A DNA stretch of 64,000 nt from Priapulus caudatus (lineage: Eukaryota): positions 1,042,647-1,106,646 of the forward strand of contig NW_014577076.1 in NCBI RefSeq assembly GCF_000485595.1, in the 5' to 3' direction. The translations under genes and the position numbers were made by a program. Each line of letters starts with the position of its first letter. Position 1 is the first letter of the stretch. Shown here one piece after another: positions 17,147 through 29,971 of this stretch. The notes beneath the pieces are model-generated. The model was given only the letters and a program-made list of their open reading frames with translations. It was not told the origin of the DNA and did not search any database.

Positions 17147-17185
<39 letters not shown>

Positions 17186-18440
17186 TAATATACATTACTA
17201 ATCTTAACCGTATAAACCTAATTCCTAGCTCGATCCGACCTCTTACCCTGAACACATACAATCATTTGTAACCCTTACTGCTCTGTACCTCCCACCATAT
17301 TTTTAACTTTAACCTCAACTCTGATCTCAATTCTAACCATAATTTCTAACCTAACGCTAACCTTAATTCCTAACGATAACTCTAATATAACACATTAATC
17401 TATAATGTCTATACTCCACTCAAAACATCCCCCTGTGTGGATAGAGAAGCAAACGAGAAGGTGTGGAACATAAATGCAGTATTATAGTAAGATTATATCA
17501 ATTGTGGCACCGTCGTAAAGAGACATCGCTATATACATCTCTTTGCTCATTTCGACGACCTCTTGCAGGCGTTGGCTTAAATAACAGTCCCGTGGGGTTG
17601 GCCGCTTGGATCCTTGAAAAGTTTTCGACGTGGACATCACTATATAACAGAAACAATCGCGATGGAGGACTGGCCACGCAGACGTTTACCTTAGACGAGC
17701 TGCTTCACAACGTCATGATATACTGGGTGACAGAGAGCATCACGACATCGATGAGATTCTACAAAGAGTTCGTGAGATCCGACACACAGTCATACCTCTT
17801 AAGGTTTGCATTTATATTTCTTTTATTTTTTTCCGACAAATTAAGTATATTAGACCTCCGACATAAATAAACGCTCCCATATTCATCCGCATGTAATTTT
17901 AAAGGTGGCGTCTATTTTAGGCCCTAGTTGGCACATACAACGTTGTGTGCAGTGCCACCTACTAGATAAACGGGTTAATGGTCGTGTTTACGCAAGAAAA
18001 TCACATGCTACAACCACTTACCGGTATGTACTAAACGTATACAGGTTAGTATAGAGATCAGTGCATACAACAAGTCGCGTAACGGAGCTGCGCGCTATAA
18101 CAGCTCCGCCCTAATTGATGAAAATTTGATTGATCTAGGTCGAGGGATAGTGTGCGAGGCAATTCTCTGAGTTGTATGATCTAGAACACGACAAACATTT
18201 TGTTATTACAGAAAGTACACAATTACGGTTCCCGTGGCTTACGCAGTGTTTCCCAATGAGCTGGTTCACTACCCAGAATGCATCGCTACAAGCTACTACC
18301 CTAACCTCGTTCAATACACGGACATGCCAAGAGGTGGCCATTTCCCTGCTTTCGAAGAACCGGAGCTTCTGGCAGACGATGTCAGAAATTTCGTGGCTGC
18401 TGTCCAAGCAGATCGCAAGCTCAAGAAAGAGGAACTTTAG
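13529..18440 (+). CDS. EPHX1: Microsomal epoxide hydrolase 1 (alpha/beta hydrolase, mEH/JHEH family), complete, 5 exons
   Basis: Exons 13529-14144, 14652-14784, 15141-15349, 17569-17803 and 18212-18440 splice in frame. N-terminal hydrophobic anchor, HGWP oxyanion motif, PSIPGYGFSE, nucleophile QGGDWG, Tyr residues in GYYHVQ and SMRFY, acid in FPNE, His in GGHF. Confidence 0.96.
14652..14784 (+). CDS. EPHX1: EPHX1 exon 2 (GFTALHAS...QGGDWG...YPDR)
   Basis: ttctag acceptor, AG|gtagtg donor; catalytic Asp; not listed in the ORF track. Confidence 0.94.
15141..15349 (+). CDS. EPHX1: EPHX1 exon 3 (VLGMHTNM...QSTKPDTT)
   Basis: ctttag acceptor, G|gtaaat donor. Confidence 0.93.
17569..17803 (+). 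CDS. EPHX1: EPHX1 exon 4 (GVGLNNSPVGLAAWILEKF...SYLLR)
   Basis: ttgcag acceptor, AG|gtttgc donor. Confidence 0.93.
18212..18440 (+). CDS. EPHX1: EPHX1 exon 5 (KYTITVPVAYAVFPNEL...GGHF...KKEEL*)
   Basis: ttacag acceptor, TAG stop. Confidence 0.93.
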
Positions 18441-18502
18441 AGTTGTGGGCATATTTTACGAGTTTCTGTTATTTACTTAAAATATCGTCTTAACTTTAGA
18501 GT

Positions 18503-18508
18503 AATAAA
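18503..18508 (+). promoter_or_regulatory. Candidate polyadenylation signal of EPHX1
   Basis: AATAAA about 60 bp after the stop codon, followed by a T/GT-rich tract. Confidence 0.5.
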
Positions 18509-19447
18509 ATACTGTATGATGATTTTATTCCCTTGGTGCGTTTACCTGACCTATCATGTTAAATTTATTCACACAATACCCTACAATATTCCGCAAGTGA
18601 TTTCCGAAACAACATTCGTATATATTGTACATCTGCGAGCATAAATATCGATGAGCCTGTCAATGTCGATGATATATATTGATGGAATTATGGTACAAAC
18701 CTCTGATGAAATATTATGCGTGGCACCGGGTTTGGTTTTATTTATTTTTTGTTTCAAGTGTTTTATATTTTGTTTTAAAAGCCAAAAAGTTTGGCGCACG
18801 CCGGCTGCGCCTCCTACAATCTGCGCATGTTAGCACAACTATACCATTATTTACCATTACTATTTACCATTATACAACATTCTGTTGCTGATGAGTGACT
18901 TGCCAACAATTTATAAATATGGTTGTGTAAGTTTTGTTAACATTTCTTTTCTATTCCAACACATTGCCTGCGCCTTAAATGCAAATGACATACAGGGAAA
19001 CGATAAATAATTGATCAATACAGCCTACAGGACTGACATGTTGGTGTTTTTGTGTATTTTTGTTGTTGTCAAGATTTAGTTTGAGTGACAATGCAATATA
19101 TCTGCACGCTAGATGGAGTTAGTTGGGCGCAAAGTCTTGGGACAAAGAATGTAGGAAAGCATGTGCCAAAAGATATAGCAATTATATGATATTAGGGTCA
19201 TTCGACAGTTATTGCAACCGGTTTCATATAATGTATTGCTTTGTTTTATTATTAAGTTAATAGATTTGTGAGTTGCACGCGTAATTTATTACATGTGGTT
19301 ATCTCAAACTTATTTTCTCTGGGTTACACGCCAAACTCACTCTGGTGAAGTGTCCGAAAATAAATAAAACTATAATCCTCCGTCGGTACGCATTACACAC
19401 GCTCATTTCGCCTATCCGTTTTATAATAAAGTTATACTTTCAAACAC

Positions 19448-19880
19448 CTATAACTGGAACACGTATACAATTTACACGATGGCATCGGCTGTGCTGTTTC
19501 CAAGCTGCCTCGCTCAGGCGTAGCGCGTTCATCAGTCAGCAGCACGACGATCGCATGGACATCATTCATACCTGACCGCTCACCTGTGAGAGAGCGCGTC
19601 TTCACATATTACCCGTGCGCGATAGCATGACGGCTCAGCTCGTGTTCAGCTGCCAGACAGAACACTAGACGCCGATTGGTGAGCAGGACGGAGAGCGATT
19701 GTTGCGACACACGTAGTACGACACCGACAGTAGCGAACGTCTTGCGAGCGTTAAGACTCTCCGATAGCATCGCTGAGCTGGTTCATAGATTCGAGTAATT
19801 CGTAGTTTGTGGGTCGTGGACGGATACACCTTACCAGCGACGTCAGATACGTGAGCGTCAGACATTGCTCGGCGTACAAA
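19448..19880 (-). CDS. Frizzled-like cysteine-rich domain exon of ROR/MuSK type (frameshifted)
   Basis: Across frame shifts: KVY, NYELLESMNQLSDAIGES, KTFA, YYVCRN..PSC, RVICEDA, VNCIRVP; resembles the recalled ROR CRD pattern LLCxxxFPxC...LCxxxC...ANCIRIG. Confidence 0.5.
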
Positions 19881-21773
19881 TACGTAGGTACGTACAACGA
19901 ATACAGTAACGATTTGAAATTTATTTTGTTAAATGCGCATAATCACGAACGTGTAACGTATTTTTCGTCTTCATATAAGCGCACGATTAGTCAGCAATAA
20001 TTCCGGTAAAATGTATACGTATTGCACGTTAGATATCATTCCTTACATCCTATAATGGCGTTAATTTAAAGATTTAATTCTGTTTGCATTTACATTATAT
20101 ACTAGATACATTGTTAGTAAAAAACTTGCAAAGGTACTATGCATGGACGAGATCGCGGCATCGAAGCAGTGAGATGTAAACTACAATTTCTACAATTGGT
20201 ACCCAGCCATCGATGCATGCTGCATGATACTCATGCATTCACGATACTCGTTCATTCATTCATTTGTTCGTTAGTTCAGCCATACGTTCTTTCGTTCGTT
20301 CGCTTGCTCGCTCGTTCATTCGTTCATTAGTTAGTTTATTCTTTCATTCGCTCGTTCATTCGTTCATTAGTTAGTTTATTCTTTCATTCGTTCGTTCGGT
20401 CGTTTGATAAAATGTTCGGTCACTCGTTCGTTCGTTCGTTCGTTCGTACCTAATAATGTTACTTATAGCTTTGCGTTCCCGAAAAAAGTCATAGGTTATA
20501 AAGTTATTGCACTGCTATGTGTTAATATTGTTCTATATCTCGCTTGTTGGCACAACAGCTACGAAATTATATATGGTCAATATAGCGCAAGAGCGTGTTT
20601 GCCATATCGTAATTTTTATGTTGTTATAACACACATCAGCAACATTGACCGCGATTCATTCGCTCACTCGTTGTCTGGGACAAATGCCTATCCAGTTGGG
20701 CTCTTTTTTAGGTAACACGAATGCCGCGATGGCCCATATGCCCCTTGTTTGCAACTAGAATTGTTGGTCGCGTTACCTGATGGTAATGTTTGAACCCACA
20801 GTCATTCGCTTTCCGTCTGTATGCGTGCGCCTGAAAATCACTTGCTGTTATATATACCTATTTGGTGTTTGCCGAAGTTATTACGGCATACCTCGGCAAC
20901 ACTAAACGCGTAAATGCCTTCCAAATGAACCGCGGCGGCTCGCATAATCAGCTGCTCTTCTGTTTAATTTTCACCGCTCCTATCGCGATAGCGGACAACG
21001 ACTCGGGTGTGTGCGAGCAGCACATCGGTAACGCTTCCATCTGTTTGGCAAAGACATTTCTCCACTCGTCCTACTTTTATTGTGTCGCGCGAAAGGGGCT
21101 TTACAAAAAACAGCTCTGAAATGTTGTACAAGAACAGTTGGTTTTTATTCGTGTTGCGCCTAGCATGCAGCCAGGCTCTGTAAGTGGGACAGCAGGGGAC
21201 GACCGCCAGCGTCTTTACAGCCTACTGTAAGCAGTACCTGTGTCACAATCGACAGTCAGTATTTGTGCTGTGTACGTACGCTGGGGGATACACCGACCGG
21301 GTAGCAAGACAAGCGGCCCATCTCTAATCTGTCCTCGATCAACAGTTGGTCGTCCCATTCCTGTACGCACCTGCCGGTCAACTCCTCGGTTGCCTTTGTA
21401 CGGAGTATTGACCACCGCGGCCTGTGTACGTAGTCTCTATCTGCTGTGCCGTCGCTGCCCGGCCGGGCCTATTGTTCCGGGCATCGCTCTGCCGGCTAGA
21501 CCCCGCCCCTGCTGGAATGAACGACAATAAACAGGTGCAACATTAACAGCAGTAAGGCGCCCACACATCTCGTATGTACTGGCCGGTAGTGAAAGTCGTT
21601 CCTTCTGTATGATCTATACTGCATCATGTATCCATTAGGAGTGTTCCCAACTTTGATATCATTAATGATTAGTGATTAATGATTAATGAGTGATAATCCT
21701 AACCCTAACCCTAACCCTAACCTAAATGACATTAAACCACAAACTAATATAATATTAAATATACGACCATGAC

Positions 21774-21807
<34 letters not shown>

Positions 21808-24800
21808 TATATACTATGATGGTCATTCATACCCATTAATGGACATTAAAGTCGGTGGAACATCTCTTAATGGAGCTATCACCTGGGAGCGTCCTATTAG
21901 GCTTCGGCCCCAAAACGTCCGTAGTGTGAACGCGCCTACTAGGCACCAGCTTCATTAATTATTCTCATGACCTGGTTCAATCGCCACGAAAACGAGGCTA
22001 GAGCTAGGCAATTGTGTAAACAATGGCTGCTCCGGCAGGCACGGCCACAGAGGGGTACACGCACGTACACGCGCGTACAAACGTACGTTACACGTAGATA
22101 GACACGGCAGCGTACACGCGGTACACGGCGAATTACAAGCAACAGTCACACGCAGGTACACGCACGTACACCGCAGGTACACCGCGCGCGTACCACGCAC
22201 GGTACACTCAGATACACGCACGTACCACGTACACGGAGATCACGACGTACACGCGGCGTACACGGAAATACACGCACGTACCGCGATACCCGCACGTACA
22301 CGCAGGATACACGCACGTACACGCGCGGGTAACACGCACGTACACGCAGATACACGCACGTACAACGCGGGGTACACTGCGAGATACCACGCACGTACAC
22401 CGCCGGGTAACAGCACGTACCACGCGATACACGCACGTACACGCGGCGTACACGGGATATACACGCACGTACACGCAGGCTACAGCGCAGGTACACGCCA
22501 CGTACAGCGGCTTACACGTACGTTAAACCGCAGATACACGCGCCGTACACGCAGATTTCACGCCACTGTACACGCTAACACGCCAGATACACGGCACGCC
22601 TACACGGCGGGTAACGGCGAGATACACCGCACGTACACGCTGGGTACACGCACGTACACGCAGGTACATGCACGTACACGCAGATACACGCACGCTACAC
22701 GTATCACCGCAGATACACGCACGTGACACGCGGGTGTTAATTCACGGACGGATTACTACGCACGCTTACCGCGGGTACACGCAGCGTTACACGCAGGTTA
22801 CACCGCAGGTACACGCGGGTCACGACACGAGATCCGCCACGTACACGCAGATTACACGCACGTACACGTTACACCGCAGATTTACCCACGGCAGTCTACA
22901 GCGGGTTACACGGAGATTACATCCATCTTTTTTTTTTTGTTTGCCGGACACTCTTGTCACGTACACACGCGTTACCACGTTTACACGGGGTACACGCAGA
23001 TTACCACGCACGGCTGGCCACGCCGTATACGTGTCATTGGTAAAACGCACGTGGCGGTATCAAGGTGGGCGGTTTTTTTTTTTTTTCATACTTACCTGGG
23101 GCGGTGTTTGGTTTTACTTTGGTGGTCGTTACTGGGTGGTCGTACCCGCGGGTTCCGATAAGAACTGATAATGAGACCGCAGAATGATAGCGACGATTGC
23201 GGAATTAGATGAGCGTATCCACGAAAGCCTTGCTGACTGATCCCAGGTTGCAGGTAGGAACAGGATCTGGCATTTTTAAAACTCTATGTTGCTTTCTAAC
23301 AACAAGCATAAATTTCTGTAGATGTAATTGCTTCGAAAATAGCTGCCAACAATACCTTGACTTCCTAACCGAATTTCAAGGGAACACACGTACTTATCAC
23401 TTCTTTATTATTCTAACTCGTGGATATTTCAAGGGTGGTACTAATAAGAATGTTACCGCATAGCGCGATGTGCCCAATAGATTGCCTGCATACCGCGGAG
23501 TCTTCACGCATTCCAGAATTCTGTTCTCTGGCGGTACTTATCTAGGCTCTACAGGTAATATGGACTAATCTCCCGGTATATACTCCAATAGATTACAGGG
23601 CGCGCTATTTGTGTGAGGTTTCGATAATACGGAAAACACCAACAGGATGGACCGGGTACGAGTTAACGCGCATTTTGACTCTCGTTTGGCGGCACGGGGG
23701 TATCGGGCGCGGTTATCGTGGTTTCTGCGTCTGATATGACGATTAGTCATAAATATTTTCGTATCCGAGGAATATGGTAGTGCACCGCCCAAGTGTACGG
23801 AGCAGAACATAAGCAACCCTGACAGTACTATACAGTGCGATAGATTAAAGCAGTAGGTAGGAACATTCCTCCGGACTGATTCTGTATAGATTGTAAATGT
23901 GCTTTGATTTCCTAGTTTCATTGCAGCGACATTACAATTTTTTCTTGCCTCATTTTATGCTCATCTTTTGTCCTCTTTTTTTGGCCAATTCAATATCTGC
24001 AGTTTAAAAATATTAACTGTAATTAGGCGAATTTTATTCAATGTAAAGTGGCGATGCTAGGATATTATAAAAATTAAAATCGCCCAATTCATCACCACTG
24101 TCATCCAATTTCTTCCAGATAATTAGAACTTATCGGACAATCTGTAGAGCTAGTAGTTTCTTCCTTTGCCATCTTCAGTCGTCACCTCGCATCTTTCTTT
24201 CTGCTCAGCTTCCAGCTTCTTTTTGTTGCTCCTTCAGCTTCTTTTTGTCTGTTCTTCAGCCGCTTCTTTTCTGTTGTTCTTCAGTTCTTCTCTGTGTTGT
24301 TCTTCACGCTTCTTTCTTCTTAGTCATCTTCAGCTTCTCTTTTGTTGTTCTTCGCTTCTTCTCTGTTCGGTCTTCACGCTTCTTGCCTGTTTTGTTTTCA
24401 ATTCTTCAATTTTATATTAATGTAAGGCGTCTATGGCTCTATTATTCTGTTTAGTAAGAAACTTACTTTTTTAGCCTTTGTGTCTTTTCTCCCTTTATTT
24501 TTTTTTTTTTTTATTTTTGAATCACAAAATATAAGAAGCGGATAGTTTTGTCTTCTGTACAGTTACAGCCCAACATTTCTTGTCCTATTTCTACTGCACT
24601 TCTTGCCATCTATTCATTCGAGAAATTCAAGATTCATATGCCAATTGCTATCTAGTTTAAAATATATACCCGTATAAAATTTCTATAGCACTATCATAAA
24701 GTACAGATAATTCTTTTGTATGTAAATCCTTCATATCCTACCACGTAAAAGATTGCTCCTATATAGAGCGAGAAAAACCAATTTGTATGGATTGGTTTTG

Positions 24801-27589
24801 GAGTATACGAGCTAATTACATCAAACGCCAATCATAGCACCAAAAGATGCTTGTTTCCCACTGAAAGATAGTTTTGTAACTATTGGTCTAGATGATGCAC
24901 TCGGCGCGACATAAACTATACTCAATTTCTTCTGTAAAGGACTCCACGAAGAGCGGGTAGGCAAAACCCCATAATGCCTATCGTTTAAGCCAATGATTCA
25001 CTCTATAGTCTATGTAAGGTTCATACATTATTTTCATATAATCCCAGTGGAACTTCAAACAGCTAAAACAACATCTTTGTCGGCTTGTGGAGTACTAGGA
25101 ATAGCAACTCCAGAATAACGTACCCCTGCATTATTTGTACAAATTTACTCCCGCAACCTAGGCAGTAAAATCAATATTAGAAGTGCGTTAAAAAGAAAGG
25201 AGCTTAAAACTGATAATGCTACAACTATTAAAAAATTCCATATCGAGGTTATCTCTCTTATTGCTAAGCCGTTGATATTACTGTCAACTAATGTTAGTTT
25301 AAAACTAAAATTTATTTTAAACTTTTCAACGTCTATTTATATATGTATACTATTATTATAGTGGAAAAAATAACTAAATGATCAAGTTAATTTAATATGC
25401 TAGACATTAATCATGATATAATCGCCAAGCGTAATAAAAAACAAGAATATAGGAGTAACTGATGTCTAATAAATTTGATAAAATATTGGATTTTCGGCAA
25501 AGCAAAAAGAAAAAAACCAGAGTAGCGCGTAGATTAATGCCGAAGTTGCATGATGTGTCTTTAGGTTGTGGGGATCGTGGTGGAAGCTTAGTGCACACAG
25601 CGCGGTATTAACGTGAGTCTTCCATGTATTTGGATGTGGTGGAGATACTAAAGAGATACAGAAACAGCTACAAAAAAATTAATTGTTGAGTATTATCTTC
25701 ATGTAAAATTGTTCCATGCGANNNNNNNNNNNNNNNNNNNNNNNNNAAACAAATAAAATACAAAGAAATACATAACGCAGAGGAAAATAAAAACACCATA
25801 TGGCGTTCGAACGCGGTACCTTACGATCACGAAGACAACGCTCTGGCGATGACCAACTGCGGCAGATAGTAAATTTGTAGATATAAAAATCAGTTAACCC
25901 TAACTCTAACCTTAACCCTAACCTTAACCATAACCCTAACCCGAATCCTAACCCTAACCCGAATCCTAACCCTAACCCTAACCCTAACCCTGACCCTAAC
26001 TCTGACACGGCGCGCGCGGTCTGGGAGGGAGTATATAAAAGCCGGGCCAGGCAGGGGCGCTTCATTCGAATTCAATCGACGACACATTACTGCATCTACA
26101 ATACGAAGAAAGAAGACCAAGCTTTGAAGAAAGAAGGCCAAGCTGCTGCTGGCCTTCTTCTTGCTGACGCAAAGACTGGATGTATGCACCCAGCAAACAT
26201 GCAAACACAAAATCTTCTTCATCTTGGGCATTCATGATGTTGTCTCGTCGAAATCTCAGGATACAATGATTGCTATTGCTTGGGAGGCATTCTTTTTATA
26301 CCGTGGGCACAAACGTGCTCCAAAGCTGCCCGGCGTCCACGTTTCATCCGTAGAAAGCCTTGACAGAACGTGAAAAACGTGTCAGACCTTGATCAGATCG
26401 TGAGAAACGTGAGGGACCCCATCAGAACGTGACGGGCCGGGAGGGAACGTACTGGCATCCGTGGTAGACCGCGGACCGAACCGTAGTGCGCCTTGGACCC
26501 TCCGGGATTCAGCAGCCCCTTCCCCCCCACGGCCCGTCACGGATACCGTGATAGACCGTGAGAAAACTTGGCAAGACCTAACAAAACTTGAATACAGAGA
26601 AAAAAATTGCCATAATCCCACGGCGCACTACGTTTCGGGCAAACGGGGCTGCCGTGGCCGCCGGGAACATAGTGTAAACGTAGCATTAGCCTCGTTTTCG
26701 TGCGTAACCCCAGGTCATGAATAATAATTAAGAATTGTCTATAGGCGCGTTCACACGGACGTTTTTGGCCCGAGCCTAATTAGGCGCGCGCCAGATTTGG
26801 CTCGAGCCGAGCGTTCACACGGACGGTTTTTCGGGCCGTGCCAATTTGGCACGAGCCAATTTGGTCCCATCGAAAACGTCGGACCAGGTCCGAGTCAAAT
26901 TTTAGCACCAGCTTTCGGCGAGCGGTAGAGCGGTAGAATCGGTTGAGCGGTAGATGCCGCTAGTGTCGAACGTGTACTTCGACGAAATAAAGTCCAAAAC
27001 AGTATAAAAATTCAAAAAATTTGATCAGGATGCACGTTTTCAAGATTGATAATTGAACTCGGAACGTAAGTAAACACAACGCCATCTCGCGACATACTGC
27101 CAAAGTATCTGTGAGATATTTGTGCAATAAAATTTATTTGAATTTGAATTTGAATTTGACAAACAGTATTAACTTGCGTACGTGTGAACGCTCCGACTCA
27201 AACCGGCCCGAGCCAAAATTTGGCCCGAGTCAAATTTAGCCCATTTGGCTCGAGCCAAACCATGACCGTGTGAACGCGGCTTATATAGCCGGCCGAAACC
27301 GACGCCACCTCATCCACACCACTGTATGCCCATTACCGATATGGCATATGCACTTGTCGGGCTGACGGGAGTGAGAGGGATTGGAGAGGGGAAACGAGGG
27401 GGATTTATAGAGGAGAGAGGGAGTTAGGAGGGAGTGGAGGGGAGATGATCGAGAGTGAGAGATAAAGTGAAAGACGGGAATAATAAGAGTGAGAGATAAA
27501 GTGAAAGAAGGGAAGAATGAGAGAAATGGAGATGTGAGCTAAGATAACCGAGACACAGTGAAAGGAATAGATAGATAGAAACAGACAGG

Positions 27590-27627
<38 letters not shown>

Positions 27628-28067
27628 AAGAAAGATAGATAGATAGATAGANNNNNNNNNNNNNNNNNNNNNNNNNNNNNNNNNNNNNNNNNNNNNNNNN
27701 NNNNNNNNNNNNNNNNNNNNNNNNNNNNNNNNNNNNNNNNNNNNNNNNNNNNNNNNNNNNNNNNNNNNNNNNNNNNNNNNNNNNNNNNNNNNNNNNNNNN
27801 NNNNNNNNNNNNNNNNNNNNNNNNNNNNNNNNNNNNNNNNNNNNNNNNNNNNNNNNNNNNNNNNNNNNNNNNNNNNNNNNNNNNNNNNNNNNNNNNNNNN
27901 NNNNNNNNNNNNNNNNNNNNNNNNNNNNNNNNNNNNNNNNNNNNNNNNNNNNNNNNNNNNNNNNNNNNNNNNNNNNNNNNNNNNNNNNNNNNNNNNNNNN
28001 NNNNNNNNNNNNNNNNNNNNNNNNNNNNNNNNNNNNNNNNNNNNNNNNNNNNNNNNNNNNNNNNNNN

Positions 28068-28100
<33 letters not shown>

Positions 28101-29880
28101 TATAGAGAGGGGCAAAGAGGAGGAATTTATTCATTGGCTTCCGGCTAATTCCTCGAGCTTGGATATCGCACACATATGTGTAAAAGAAAAATGTTTTAGT
28201 TAGCAGTGCCCATCTTTACATAACAATAACATCACACGCTACATGTGTATATATATATATATATATATAATATACACATAGTACCGTGCTGAACATAGAT
28301 GCATACGTAAATGCCGAGTAACTCGTACGTGCCTGTTGGTTACGTAAACTTGTTTTTATTCTGCGTATAGATCAAGATTGCTTATGCAAATCAGATGTGT
28401 GACGATTTAAATATGATATTTTAATTTATGCACGAGGCCACGTACGTAACTACGTCATCGCGCGCGCATCTTACTCGATGGATGCCACCGTGGAAGCTCA
28501 TGAATTATATCTCTCTTAGAATTTTTCGCCAATTTTCTGTTACTCGTTACATTTCGAATCACTGTCAACGATATCATTAGCGAACTGTCATTAATTATTA
28601 CGCTGTTTTCTGTTGACAAAGGTCATCATCTCGTCAACCAAGAAACAACAGGTTCAAAAAATGTCTCCAAATAACAGTAGGCATATCTAGCAGATCGTAT
28701 CAAAGAAATTTATACGGGCATGTATCATGAATATATAAACAATTATTTTAAGACTCGTTCGCCCTTGAGAATACGAATAACAGGCATCTATAATAGTAGC
28801 TCTAGGAGCATATGGACTGGTTAGAGTATCTTCAAGGATAAACGTACTGGCTAACTATCAGTAAACACAGCGGTACTATGCAGTCAGGTGAACTGTATAT
28901 AATTATATGCAGACCACTTATAGTTAAAGGCAATATGCGCGAATAGAGATGCTATAGTGATATACCAGAGCGATAATACAGCTAGGCTATATGTGGATAT
29001 AGAGATACTATATAGTTGGCCATGTGTGGGCATAACAAAATAGATTTGCTAAAGTTAGCTAGGCTATGCCTTATTAAACATGTTTCGTGCAGTGTCGCTT
29101 TCATGGAACAACATTGACGTAAAGTTACGGTCAAGAGAGACTTGCTTCGATTTCTTGTTCTCTCAAGATGTTTCGCTCTTCTTGCCTAAACTAGCAGCGA
29201 TGTAGAGGAGCGATGTGTATGTATCGATGTGTAAGCGGTATTACCCGCTGTAATTCACACAACGCAATATCACTTTCAATATTCGTGGCGACTGATTCCA
29301 AGTTCATTGGGGGGTATTCCTAACAAGGGTTGATATACAAGTGCATAACATGTTCATGGAAAGAATTTCAAACCCGGTCACGATGCACTTTTTAGCTCAG
29401 CCCGATGACGGTCTAAGAGACAGTTCCAGACTCCTGTGAACCGTGAGCGGGACTTACAGGAACGTTAGTCTCGCTCTTGACTGTAAACAAACTAGAAGAC
29501 AGTGCGAAAGAACTCATGACAACGACTAAGTTTCCCTTCCGCGCTCATCCAGGCTAACGTGGTTGACGCATCAAACAAACAAGCGATGCGGTTTCTCGAT
29601 TGCGTGTACGTCTCTCTGTCTCTTGGTTTCAATCATCGTCATCATGGAATCAGTCTATTCGCGGGACGTAGCGCGCCGTACGCATAGCCGCCACGTAGTC
29701 CACGTCAACGACAACTATTCGCGGCAGATTATTTCCCCTCCGACAACAACCGCTGGCGCACTGTATATTGTGTCGCTTGACAGATCTAGCTAGACAAAAG
29801 CCGTCAAAGGTGAATGGCTATGGAAACCACCGCCCAGATAATTACGGGTCATAGGTTTCTAAGGGTAGGGTACACGTGTT

Positions 29881-29971
<91 letters not shown>

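Noticed and set aside
20140..20220. Minus-strand CIDGW scrap as a C-type lectin or EGF exon
   Set aside because: Too short and frame-ambiguous to assign; it may belong to the cryptic Ig gene
27405..28173. ORFs of 186-249 aa
   Set aside because: Open only because they cross the N gap
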